This document shows, one piece after another, positions 9,511 to 18,569 of a stretch of 64,000 nucleotides of DNA (the stretch's first letter is position 1; each line of letters begins with the position of its first letter). The stretch is taken from contig OY969699.1 of NCBI GenBank assembly GCA_963702025.1, forward strand, positions 64,001 to 128,000. The letters are read 5' to 3'. Made by a program: the position numbers and the translations under genes. Source of the stretch: an uncultured bacterium. Its GTDB lineage: Bacteria; Babelota; Babeliae; Babelales; Vermiphilaceae. The notes beneath the pieces are model-generated. The model was given only the letters and a program-made list of their open reading frames with translations, searched no databases and was not told the origin of the DNA.

Positions 9511-11217
9511 ATGTTATATACGTCAAAATATGCACCTTTTATGGTGTTTTTACTCGTTTCAGGCCCTTTAATGGGTATGGAACTTCCCTATCGCTTAAAT
9601 AATGCAAATTATGAAGCAAAAAATGCGATTTTCCCCATTGTTGAAGCAGGGAGCCCTGCCGATCTAGATCGGGTACTGCAAAGATTCCAAAATATCTCAA
9701 TAAATGAAATTGCCAATGACCAAGAAATGGTACCTTTATTGGTAGCTGCAGTTAATGGCAATTTGCTCGTTGTAGAATACCTTATTAACGTGCATGGCGC
9801 TGATACGGGGATTACACATCATGGCCAAAATGCACTGCATAAGGCAGCGGCAAATGGGCATCTTGATGTGGTTCAATACCTTGTTGAACAATGCCACTTT
9901 GATGTTGAATTTCCTGATGAATCAGGCAATATTCCCCTTGATTTAGCTAAAAATAATGGCCATGATCAAGTTGCTAATTATCTTGCTATTTGGGCTCAAC
10001 CAGTAGCTCCGGCGGCACTTGTAGCAAAAGCTGCTCCAAAAACAGCACCAGCAGTTGCTCAAAGACCTGCGGTTAAACAACCTATTGCACCGGTGACAAA
10101 GGCACCTGCAGTTCCTCAAAGGCCCGCAGAACCAAAAAATAATGCGCCAGCAAATCAAAAAGAAGCGAACTGCCAAATTTGCTTTGATTCTAAACAATTG
10201 CAAAAACTGAACTGTGGCCACGAATTCTGCGGTGAATGTTTAAATGGTATGCTTGATACTGCAATCCGCGATAAATCAAGCAATGCGCTCAAATGCCCAA
10301 CACCAAACTGTGCAAAAGCATTTGAACCCAAAGATATAAATACCATTAATAAAGCCAAAGCGGTTCAAATACTCGATATTCAAGCCCGCGAAGCAATGGC
10401 AAAAGATAACAATATTAAACATTGCCCAACCCCCGATTGCCCGTATTCATTTGTTAATGATGCCAATAGAGCAGAAACAATTCGCTGCGAACAATGCAGA
10501 AAAGAATATTGTTCAAATTGTTTAACTCAACACGCGCAAAAAGTTTCTTGCGAGCAAGCGAAGAAAGATTCTGCCGCAGAAAGAGCAACTCAGCAATGGA
10601 AAGATGCCAATACAAAACAATGTCCTCAATGCAAAAAGAATATTCAAAAAGATGGCGGTTGTATGCATATGACCTGTGCACAATGTCATTATGAATTTTG
10701 TTGGAACTGCATGAAAAGATGGAATGCATATGAGCATCCAAATTCTTACAGCTGCTATCAAGCACCACAACAACCAGTTAACAATAATGCAATCGTAAAC
10801 GAGCCATATGTACCCGTTCACACTGAAAATGATTTTGAAGATGGCGATATTGCTTTTGGCGTACCAGCTCAAGCCTTTGCAGTGAATAATAGAAGAGATG
10901 ATCATAGGCAACCAAATATGAATCGCATGACACAACGTCAGATCCAAAACTTTGGTCCAGTTGATTATGCAATGCGACAAAGAACTTTTAACTTTGGCGC
11001 AGTGCCACGTGATTTTAATCGTTTTAGGGCCCTTTTACTCAGAAACCAAATTACACTTATTAGAAGTGAATTTACCCGCGAAGTAAATAACGCAAGAGCA
11101 GATTACTTGGTACGTGAGATCACCACATGGTCCATTGGGGTTAATTATCATCCAAGCCAAGAAAATAGAGTTCAAGAATTGGTATTCAATGCATATCTCG
11201 AAGCAATGAATAACTAA
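9511..11217 (+). CDS. Signal peptide-ankyrin-RBR (RING1-IBR-RING2) E3 ubiquitin ligase 1
   Basis: About 3 ANK repeats (NALHKAAANGH), Pro/Ala linker, RING1 CQIC..CGHEFCGEC..CPTPNC, IBR CPTPDC..CEQC..CSNC..H..C, RING2 TKQCPQCKKNIQKDGGCMHMTCAQCHYEFCWNC. Confidence 0.92.
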   Translation: MLYTSKYAPFMVFLLVSGPLMGMELPYRLNNANYEAKNAIFPIVEAGSPADLDRVLQRFQNISINEIANDQEMVPLLVAAVNGNLLVVEYLINVHGADTGITHHGQNALHKAAANGHLDVVQYLVEQCHFDVEFPDESGNIPLDLAKNNGHDQVANYLAIWAQPVAPAALVAKAAPKTAPAVAQRPAVKQPIAPVTKAPAVPQRPAEPKNNAPANQKEANCQICFDSKQLQKLNCGHEFCGECLNGMLDTAIRDKSSNALKCPTPNCAKAFEPKDINTINKAKAVQILDIQAREAMAKDNNIKHCPTPDCPYSFVNDANRAETIRCEQCRKEYCSNCLTQHAQKVSCEQAKKDSAAERATQQWKDANTKQCPQCKKNIQKDGGCMHMTCAQCHYEFCWNCMKRWNAYEHPNSYSCYQAPQQPVNNNAIVNEPYVPVHTENDFEDGDIAFGVPAQAFAVNNRRDDHRQPNMNRMTQRQIQNFGPVDYAMRQRTFNFGAVPRDFNRFRALLLRNQITLIRSEFTREVNNARADYLVREITTWSIGVNYHPSQENRVQELVFNAYLEAMNN

Positions 11218-11236
11218 AATATTTGGAGATACATCC

Positions 11237-12745
11237 ATGTCAGTATTTTTGATAAAAAAGGTTTTCCCTTTAGTGATACTCATATCCGTACCCGTAATAA
11301 GTATGGAAAAAGCGGAAAAAATTATTGCCATACAGAAGGCTGCAACTAATCCTCTGCATGAAGCTGCGGCCCAGGGTAATTTGGATAAAATTCGCTTTTT
11401 AATTGAAAAATCCGGCATGGATGTAAATGCTACCGATGCAGATAATAATATTGCTTTAGATTTCGCCAAAAAAAATCATCATAATGCAGTTGCCAATTAC
11501 CTTGTGGCAACAATGAATAAAGTTGAAAAAATAAAAAAAACTGTCGATGAGAATAAAGAATTCATGGAACTCGCAGATCTGTTTGCAAAAGAGCTAAAAG
11601 TACTCGATCCTTTACGCATGTGCAATATTTGTTTGGATGAAAAAAGTAGTCCTGAATTTAGCACGCTCGGTTGCAATCATGAATTTTGTACTACATGTTT
11701 GGATAAATTTATCAAGACTGCATGCAAGGATCACTCTACCGCTGCGTTGCGCTGCCCCATTGTTGCATGTAAAAAAACAATTGAAAATAAAGATTTTCCA
11801 AAAATTACCGACGCACAAAGTATTGCAAAACTTGAAGAGATACAACTGCAAGAATGGATTATAAAACAACCGGGAGCAAAACAGTGCCCAACTCCGGAAT
11901 GTAAATATGCATTTATTGCTGACGGCAGTAATCAAAAACAAAACATTCAGTGCCCACGATGCAAAGAACATTATTGCTCTCATTGTTTAATAAATCATCC
12001 AAAACAGATCTCATGCGAAGATGCTAATCCTGAAAGAGCATCTGATACTTGGAAAAATGCGCATACTAAACCCTGTCCACAATGCAAAGCGCCGATAGAA
12101 AAAAACGAGGGTTGTTTGCATATGACATGTCAGGCCTGTCATCATGAATTTTGCTGGGAATGTTTGGTACCCTATAAAGAGATGAAGCATGGCTTCTATA
12201 AATGTGAAAAAGTTGCATCTCAAAATTCAACAACTTCAGCAGAGCCCGATTCGCCCGAAGCACTACTAGCTCGCGGAAGGGCGTTTTTAGATGAAGCCGA
12301 CCGAAGACTCGCTCGCGAAGCGGCGACTCTTGATGAAGGCGACCAAATGCTCGCTCGCGCAGAAGCGGTTATTGCAAGATTGAGAAACCAAACATCTGCA
12401 AACAATGTAAACAGACCAGATCAGGACATCGATATTGATGATCATAATGCAAGCATAATAAGCATTATGAATAGAGCGGATCAATTAATTGCTAGACATG
12501 AACATCATATTTTTGCTGAGAATCCAACAAATACTATCCGGATCACCGCCCATCCCATCCGATATCTTAAATACGGGTTTATTTTTCGTTTTATGGATTT
12601 ATCTCAAGATCAACGTAATGCGTGGGCCACCGCAATTGATCAAAGAAATATTGCTCATTTGAATGCTTGGCAGCGCGCAGATATCTGGGAAGAAGAATTA
12701 CAAATATTAGAAAGTGCTCAAACCCAAATTACCGGCAACAAATAA
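11237..12745 (+). CDS. Signal peptide-ankyrin-RBR E3 ubiquitin ligase 2
   Basis: ANK NPLHEAAAQGN; RING1 CNIC..CNHEFCTTC..CPIVAC; IBR CPTPEC..CPRC..CSHC..H..C; RING2 TKPCPQCKAPIEKNEGCLHMTCQACHHEFCWEC. Confidence 0.92.
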   Translation: MSVFLIKKVFPLVILISVPVISMEKAEKIIAIQKAATNPLHEAAAQGNLDKIRFLIEKSGMDVNATDADNNIALDFAKKNHHNAVANYLVATMNKVEKIKKTVDENKEFMELADLFAKELKVLDPLRMCNICLDEKSSPEFSTLGCNHEFCTTCLDKFIKTACKDHSTAALRCPIVACKKTIENKDFPKITDAQSIAKLEEIQLQEWIIKQPGAKQCPTPECKYAFIADGSNQKQNIQCPRCKEHYCSHCLINHPKQISCEDANPERASDTWKNAHTKPCPQCKAPIEKNEGCLHMTCQACHHEFCWECLVPYKEMKHGFYKCEKVASQNSTTSAEPDSPEALLARGRAFLDEADRRLAREAATLDEGDQMLARAEAVIARLRNQTSANNVNRPDQDIDIDDHNASIISIMNRADQLIARHEHHIFAENPTNTIRITAHPIRYLKYGFIFRFMDLSQDQRNAWATAIDQRNIAHLNAWQRADIWEEELQILESAQTQITGNK

Positions 12746-13028
12746 CTCTCTTGATCGCGTTATGGCACGCAATGAACATGAACTTTTTGCAGCAAATCCT
12801 AATGATCCTGTGCATTCATTTCCTTTTCGCCACCTTGTCAATGCCGATTTTGTTGGCCGCTTTACGCAGCTTTCTACAGCGCAACGTAATAATTGGAAGA
12901 TTGCAGTTGGCCAAAGAACAAATGGCATTTTAGACATTCTGGAACGCGCAGACATCTGGGAAGAGGAATTGTCTCGCATAGAAATACAGCAAATAAGGGA
13001 CGACTCAATAAAACTGTATTTGCTTTAG
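12714..13028 (+). CDS. Out-of-frame second copy of the RBR2 C-terminal module (frameshifted extension, or a separate gene from ATG 12762)
   Basis: ARNEHELFAANP...RFTQLS..QRNNW..RADIWEEEL matches ARHEHHIFAENP...RFMDLS..QRNAW..RADIWEEEL in RBR2. Confidence 0.6.
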   Translation: MLKPKLPATNNSLDRVMARNEHELFAANPNDPVHSFPFRHLVNADFVGRFTQLSTAQRNNWKIAVGQRTNGILDILERADIWEEELSRIEIQQIRDDSIKLYLL

Positions 13029-13050
13029 CTTAAAGTTTTCTTGATACTCG

Positions 13051-13077
13051 GGTCTGCAAAATAGCAGGACTTTTTTA
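13051..13077. terminator. Intrinsic terminator
   Basis: gtctgc-aaaata-gcaggac hairpin followed by T6. Confidence 0.55.
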
Positions 13078-13110
13078 TTCCTATGGCGCAAAGACTAAGC
13101 AAAATTCCTT
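13077..13110 (-). repeat. Copy of the atpA 3' end (KEFCLVFAP*)
   Basis: 30/34 nt identical to 15647-15680 by manual alignment. Confidence 0.85.
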
Positions 13111-13215
13111 TATATTGATAAAAATATTTCTATTTGTTAAAATTATTGATTTGCAGTTATCTAATCTGATATCTTTCTTTTAGTAGTTATTTTTTTATTA
13201 TAAAAGGTAGTAGAA

Positions 13216-14232
13216 ATGGTAAAAATAGATAAATTTGCAGTATTTATTCTGGTTTTGCTCACTTTTAATCTTACAAAGCCAGTGGAAATTACTAAACAAA
13301 CGGACACAAGGTCTGCTGTTGAATTACTTCCTGTTGAACTTCAAACGCAAATTCTACACTATGTAGTCAAGGCCCCCGGAGCAACACAGGAGGAAAAATT
13401 AAAAAATGCTACTGCAAATATCCGCAATTTAATCAAAACCAATAGAGCATCTGAAGACCTTTTAAATGATGAGAACATCACCACATATCTTATTAACGAA
13501 TTAGCACGATATACACACTCGAATCAGCCTTTAGCTGCCATAGCTTTAGGGACCATTGGCGCACGAAACTGGTTTACCGACTACGCTAAAAACGAAGCCA
13601 ATTTATCAAAAATCGCAGAAATCTTACGGAATATAGCCTCGAAGTGTCAATTACATAAGGGAGATTTGGACATTGTCGAATTCATTTGTACGTATGCACC
13701 AAATGCAGTTAATATTATTGCAAACTCTGAGAAAAAAACTGCCTTGATATTTGCCGCAGAGCGTGGTCATACTGCCATTGTAAAAAAATTATTACAAGCT
13801 TCTACTCTTTCAGTTAATTTTCAAAGCAACAATGGAAATACTGCATTGATCTCCGCAGCAAAAGCAGGCCATACTGCTATCGTCCAACAATTATTGGCAG
13901 TTAAAGGTATTAATGTTAACACAAGAAACAAACAGCAGCAAAATGCATTATTCTTTGCAGCAACAGCTAATAAAACTGAAATCATGGAGAACTTATTAGC
14001 AGTCCCAGGCGTTAATGTTAATATACAAAATGAATTATCGGGAAATACTCTCTTAATGGTGACGGCGCGCAATGGCAATGTTCAAATTGTAAAAAAATTA
14101 TTAAAAAATCCCAGCGTCAAAGTAAATTTGAAAAATATAATTGGGGAGACTGCATTAGGAAGTGCAGAACAATCGAATGCTGCGAACAAAGAAACTATTA
14201 TTGAGCTTTTAAAGAAAAATGGCGCCAAATAA
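13216..14232 (+). CDS. Exported F-box-like/ankyrin repeat protein
   Basis: Signal peptide; LLPVELQTQILHYV; about 5 ANK repeats (TALIFAAERGH, TALISAAKAGH). Confidence 0.85.
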   Translation: MVKIDKFAVFILVLLTFNLTKPVEITKQTDTRSAVELLPVELQTQILHYVVKAPGATQEEKLKNATANIRNLIKTNRASEDLLNDENITTYLINELARYTHSNQPLAAIALGTIGARNWFTDYAKNEANLSKIAEILRNIASKCQLHKGDLDIVEFICTYAPNAVNIIANSEKKTALIFAAERGHTAIVKKLLQASTLSVNFQSNNGNTALISAAKAGHTAIVQQLLAVKGINVNTRNKQQQNALFFAATANKTEIMENLLAVPGVNVNIQNELSGNTLLMVTARNGNVQIVKKLLKNPSVKVNLKNIIGETALGSAEQSNAANKETIIELLKKNGAK

Positions 14233-14251
14233 GAAATAATGAGCAGATTTT

Positions 14252-14279
14252 AAGAGCCACAAGCGCAGGCCCTTTTTTT
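14252..14279. terminator. Intrinsic terminator
   Basis: aagagcc...ggccc imperfect hairpin followed by T7. Confidence 0.45.
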
Positions 14280-14362
14280 ATTCCTGCGGCGCAAACACCA
14301 AGGTAAATTCTTTGGCAATCACTATCAACTCCCCTCACTTATCTATCGGCAATATCTTCCGT
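14280..14362 (-). repeat. Copy of the atpA 3' end (ELIVIAKEFTLVFAPQE*)
   Basis: 14280-14328 is 43/49 identical to 15647-15695; weaker homology (TEDIAD vs TADITD) extends to about 14362. Confidence 0.88.
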
Positions 14363-14511
14363 TCTTACTTATATTTTCTACTTTGGAAAATTTTCAAATA
14401 GAATTTTTATTCGAAGGTATGGGCATTTATTGTATTGCCATAATCCGCAATTTGAGCTACTTTTGACAGTAAGTATGTTACTTACTTATTTATTCTATCT
14501 GGAGGATTTTC

Positions 14512-15042
14512 ATGAAAAATATAATCTTTCTACTGCTTAGTTGCTGTGCATTCAATCTTAGGGTTTGCGCAGATGAAAAACAAGGTTATTCACACTTTAC
14601 TGGTTCGGCCTCAATGCTTACCGAATTTGACCGCGAGCATATGTCCAAAATGAAGGAGCAAGTTTCTCAGTTTTGTGAAAATGTATTAGTAGAGGGATAT
14701 TGGGCCTCATCGGCAAACCTCGAAGATGATTTTTATCATGGCGCCTATCCTTTTCCCATAGCACATGAACTATCATGGCCGGGGCAACAGCAGTTTCTTG
14801 CAAAATTAGCGCAACTTGAAAAATCAAACAATGTAGAAAAGAAGCTGATACGAGGATTTACCTTTTCACGATTAGGCTATGAAGGATGGGATGGTAATTT
14901 ATATAGTTGCAGCGAATATTGGTACAAAGATGGTTCGCGCAGTATAGTCTGGACCGATGCATTTGGACCTTTTTATGTCGCTCAACGGAATGTAAAACCA
15001 TCACGTGAATTTTATAATTTTGTTATGAATATCTCTCTTTAA
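14512..15042 (+). CDS. Hypothetical exported protein
   Basis: GGAGG RBS, signal peptide, EGYW...RGF..SRL...NVKPSREFYNFV. Confidence 0.7.
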   Translation: MKNIIFLLLSCCAFNLRVCADEKQGYSHFTGSASMLTEFDREHMSKMKEQVSQFCENVLVEGYWASSANLEDDFYHGAYPFPIAHELSWPGQQQFLAKLAQLEKSNNVEKKLIRGFTFSRLGYEGWDGNLYSCSEYWYKDGSRSIVWTDAFGPFYVAQRNVKPSREFYNFVMNISL

Positions 15043-15055
15043 ACTGAAGGTTTTT

Positions 15056-15613
15056 ATGAAAAAACAGATCATATCACTAGTTTTATCTATCATACTCATA
15101 GCCATGCCTTTAGATATAGTTGGCCAGATTTTAAATTCACAAAACCAACCGGCTGCTAGCGGGGATGAATTTACCTCATGGCAACCCAACCCATCATTAA
15201 TACCTTTGTTGGATAGATTTTATGCAGATGCTTCTCAGACTGATTATACCTATCAGTTAAATGCTAACTTTTTTTGTTCATTGTATCAAAGCGTTAGCTC
15301 ACATGCGTGGAAATCTGAAGAAGAGAAGCTTGAGGCACAACGCTTATACAAATATATAGCAATATATCTTCATTATGCGTTCGACTTGTTACAAAAGCGA
15401 AAAGATTTAGTACAACGCTACCTTTCCGTTTGGAAAGAGGCAACGGGCCAAGAATTCACTGAAGATGATTTTTGGCAGTATTGTAGCACTGACGATGAAT
15501 CAGTGTTTACGCCTGAAGCAAAACTTTTGAATTTCTTTCTTACCGATATCATTGTCGAACAAGAAATTGAGAAATATGTTGAATCATCGTTAAAGTCATT
15601 GTATCAAGAATAA
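15056..15613 (+). CDS. Hypothetical exported protein
   Basis: Signal peptide; co-oriented 13 nt after the previous gene. Confidence 0.65.
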   Translation: MKKQIISLVLSIILIAMPLDIVGQILNSQNQPAASGDEFTSWQPNPSLIPLLDRFYADASQTDYTYQLNANFFCSLYQSVSSHAWKSEEEKLEAQRLYKYIAIYLHYAFDLLQKRKDLVQRYLSVWKEATGQEFTEDDFWQYCSTDDESVFTPEAKLLNFFLTDIIVEQEIEKYVESSLKSLYQE

Positions 15614-15650
15614 TAAAAGAGTTTGAACCGCTGCAGATTCTCTCTCATTC

Positions 15651-17147
15651 CTACGGCGCAAAGACTAAGCTAAACTCTTTGGCGATCACTATCAAATCTT
15701 CTTTAATCTCATCGGTGATGTCTGCTGTCTGCTCAATCACATCGTAGACTGGCCGATAGAGCGATTTGGTGAAACTGACAAATTGTGTAGCAAATGAATG
15801 CACCTGCTTTACGGCAATCGCATCTAAGAAATTCTCTTTTAATAAAAATAACATTAATGCCTGATCCACAAAAGAATACGTGGTATATTGCGGCTGCTTG
15901 AGCAATTCAATAATTCGCGCGCCACGGGCCAATTTGCGCTGCGAGACTTCATCAAGTTCTGTGCCAAATTGCGCAAAATCGAGAAGCTCATGATACTGCG
16001 CTAATTCTAGCCGCAATGCTTTGGTCATTTTTTTAATTGCATTCGTTTGCGCTGCACCGCCAACACGCGATACTGATAATTCAACGTTCACTGCCGGGCG
16101 CACCCCTTCATTGAATAAAGTGGTGTCCAAAAAAATTTGACCATCGGTAATTGAAATGAGATTAGTTGGAATGTAGGCAGTAATATCATCACTTTGAATT
16201 TGCACAATCGGTAATGCAGTAATGGAGCCACCGACTGCCAATTTTCCTGCGCGTTCTAACAAACGGGAATGCAAATAGAATACATCGCCCGGGTACGCTT
16301 CGCGACCTGGTGCACGGCGCAAAAGCAACGACATTTCTCGGTAGGCAATTGCATGATTGGAAAGATCGTCGTAAATAATTAATACATCTTTTTGCTGGTC
16401 CCTAAAAAATTCGGCAATCGTGCAGGCCGCATAGGGGGCAAGATAAGCGTTTAATACCGTTTCACTTGAATCGGCACTCACCACTACCGTGTAATCAAGC
16501 GCACCCTTTTCTTCTAATTCTTGCACAATGCGAGCCAAATTTGCCTGCCGTTGCGCGATAGAAACATAGATGCAAATAACATTTTTATCTTTTTGATGCA
16601 CAATAGTATCTAAAACAATAGACGTTTTACCGGCATTTCTGTTACCGATAATAAGTTCTCGCTGCCCTTTACCAATCGGTTCGAGCGCATCAATCACCAG
16701 TATGCCTGTTTCTAATGATTCATTAACCGGGCTCCGCTGCGTAATACCGGCAATAGGCTCCTCAACGGCACGATATTCTGTTGCATTAATTTTTCCCAGC
16801 GCATCTATTGGCTTGCCCAATGCATTCACTACGCGGCCAAGCAACTGATTGCTCACCGGCACCCGAAACACATTATTGGTACGTTTTGCCACTTCCAATT
16901 CCGTAACGGGAATACTGCTATCGAGCAAAAATATTGCTACAGAATCTTCATCCAAATTAAAAATAATGCCGCTATTGCCCGATTCAAATTGTATAAGTTC
17001 GCCATATTTTGCATTATTTAAGCCATGAACAAAACAGATGTTATCGCCCACTTTTATAACCAGGCCGATTTCTTCGAGCTTCTGATCTGAAAGCCCTTGT
17101 AATGCTTTTTCAAACAGCGAAACCAGATCAGTAGTCTTAATATCCAT
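15651..17147 (-). CDS. atpA: F1 ATP synthase subunit alpha
   Basis: IGKGQRELIIG, PGREAYPGDVFYLHSRLLERA, SVSRVGG. Confidence 0.98.
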   Translation of the reverse strand: MDIKTTDLVSLFEKALQGLSDQKLEEIGLVIKVGDNICFVHGLNNAKYGELIQFESGNSGIIFNLDEDSVAIFLLDSSIPVTELEVAKRTNNVFRVPVSNQLLGRVVNALGKPIDALGKINATEYRAVEEPIAGITQRSPVNESLETGILVIDALEPIGKGQRELIIGNRNAGKTSIVLDTIVHQKDKNVICIYVSIAQRQANLARIVQELEEKGALDYTVVVSADSSETVLNAYLAPYAACTIAEFFRDQQKDVLIIYDDLSNHAIAYREMSLLLRRAPGREAYPGDVFYLHSRLLERAGKLAVGGSITALPIVQIQSDDITAYIPTNLISITDGQIFLDTTLFNEGVRPAVNVELSVSRVGGAAQTNAIKKMTKALRLELAQYHELLDFAQFGTELDEVSQRKLARGARIIELLKQPQYTTYSFVDQALMLFLLKENFLDAIAVKQVHSFATQFVSFTKSLYRPVYDVIEQTADITDEIKEDLIVIAKEFSLVFAP

Positions 17148-17151
17148 ATTT

Positions 17152-17697
17152 TTAATCCTTGTGATCGTTGATCAAAGCCTGAATCCTGGCAAGCTGTTGC
17201 TTGACCGAATATTCCCAAAGATGCTCACCACTTTGCATCCGAATACCGGCTATTAAATTTTTATCCAGTTTCATCTGGCACACGATAGTATGATGAGTTT
17301 TATCATTAAGGAAATCAGTAATCGTTTTTTGTTGTAAAGAGCCCAACTCGGGACAACTTGAAATGGTAAATAGTTCAATACCCTGACGACTTTGATAAAT
17401 TTCTACGATCTGCTTTAATACATCAGCTATTAAATAACTTCTTTTTTGTTTGACCAGCAGCTGTATCAATTGTTTAAATTCAGACGGCAACGCAAAACGG
17501 GAAATTAAACAATCTTCCAGTGCATTGACTTTTAATCGTGGATCTAAAAGCGGCACCTTAAGCAGAGAGAATAATTCTGCATGGTTAGAAAAATAGGAAA
17601 TTGAAGCATTAATTTTTTCTATATATTCGGGCAGCAGAGAAAATAAATTCAAAAAGGCTTGCGCGTATCTTTTTGCAAGAAAGAATCGTGAATCCAT
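17152..17697 (-). CDS. atpH: F1 ATP synthase subunit delta
   Basis: AKRYAQA N-terminus, LIAGIR C-terminal motif, position upstream of atpA. Confidence 0.9.
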   Translation of the reverse strand: MDSRFFLAKRYAQAFLNLFSLLPEYIEKINASISYFSNHAELFSLLKVPLLDPRLKVNALEDCLISRFALPSEFKQLIQLLVKQKRSYLIADVLKQIVEIYQSRQGIELFTISSCPELGSLQQKTITDFLNDKTHHTIVCQMKLDKNLIAGIRMQSGEHLWEYSVKQQLARIQALINDHKD

Positions 17698-17699
17698 AA

Positions 17700-18182
17700 T
17701 TATTTTCTTTCCAAGCCGGTAATGAGTTTATCAAGATAGGTTTGGGCCCACATTTTGTTTGTTTCTTGCGCAAAAAAATTGTTTACCTCGTCAAGAGCAT
17801 CGGTAATCTTTTGCCGTGTAGCCTGCCGCTTTGCAATTTCTTTATTTTTACTAACCACCCGTGCAACTGCATGATCCATATATCGGTGATATTCACCGTG
17901 CTTTTTAACATTCTCCAAGCGCACTTTTAATGTCCATTCATCGATTTTTTCTTTTAAGAGTGATGCATGATTCTCTTGTTTTTGTAATTTCTTTTCAAGG
18001 TTGGCTGATTTCCCCCGCAAAAAAAGCTCCTGCTCTTCTAGTCCTTTGATGAGCATCTCTTTTTGGGTAATTTTTTCGTCGATTGAATTCTTAAAATATT
18101 TCTGAAATATAAAAGCGCCTATTCCTGCCAGAACCCCGAAATTTAAGAGTCGAAAAAAAATGGTTAATGAACTACTTACCAT
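17700..18182 (-). CDS. atpF: Fo subunit b
   Basis: N-terminal TM (RLLNFGVL) plus coiled coil; operon position; likely start at 18182. Confidence 0.75.
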   Translation of the reverse strand: MVSSSLTIFFRLLNFGVLAGIGAFIFQKYFKNSIDEKITQKEMLIKGLEEQELFLRGKSANLEKKLQKQENHASLLKEKIDEWTLKVRLENVKKHGEYHRYMDHAVARVVSKNKEIAKRQATRQKITDALDEVNNFFAQETNKMWAQTYLDKLITGLERK

Positions 18183-18543
18183 GACCCACCTTTTGTAAAA
18201 GAGCGTCAGCGATAAAGGGAGCAATATCCTCGATCCTACTTTTTTCGATTGTTGGAATAACAATTGATGGGATAACTGGCCCGCCGATCAAGGGTTCTTC
18301 TTTAAAAGAAGGACGATGGTGCAAAAAGTAATCCCGCGCCCGGCGCCAGTGCTCTTGCAAATTTTGCTCATTGCGTTCAACCTGCATTTGCCCCGACTGC
18401 ACAGATCGCACTAATGATTCTTGCAACGTATCTTGCGTGGCAATTTCGTGATATGCCTGTTTAAAAAAGAAATATTTTATAGCAACGTATGCAATGAAAA
18501 AATGAAATGCCTGCACAATCAACGTGCTATTAATAATTGACAT
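18172..18543 (-). CDS. Fo subunit b'-like
   Basis: INSTLIVQAFHF TM typical of b/b'; lies between atpE and atpF. Confidence 0.7.
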   Translation of the reverse strand: MSIINSTLIVQAFHFFIAYVAIKYFFFKQAYHEIATQDTLQESLVRSVQSGQMQVERNEQNLQEHWRRARDYFLHHRPSFKEEPLIGGPVIPSIVIPTIEKSRIEDIAPFIADALLQKVGHGK

Positions 18544-18569
18544 GAGGCCAACCCTCTGCCCAGATGGTT

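Noticed and set aside
12460..13028. Duplicated C-terminal module as a DGR template/variable repeat pair
   Set aside because: Divergence is extensive, includes indels and is not adenine-specific; no reverse transcriptase in the window.
13077..15695. Spaced direct repeats as a CRISPR array or integron attC sites
   Set aside because: Only three copies more than 1 kb apart, non-palindromic, and they encode the atpA C-terminus; no cas or intI gene is present.
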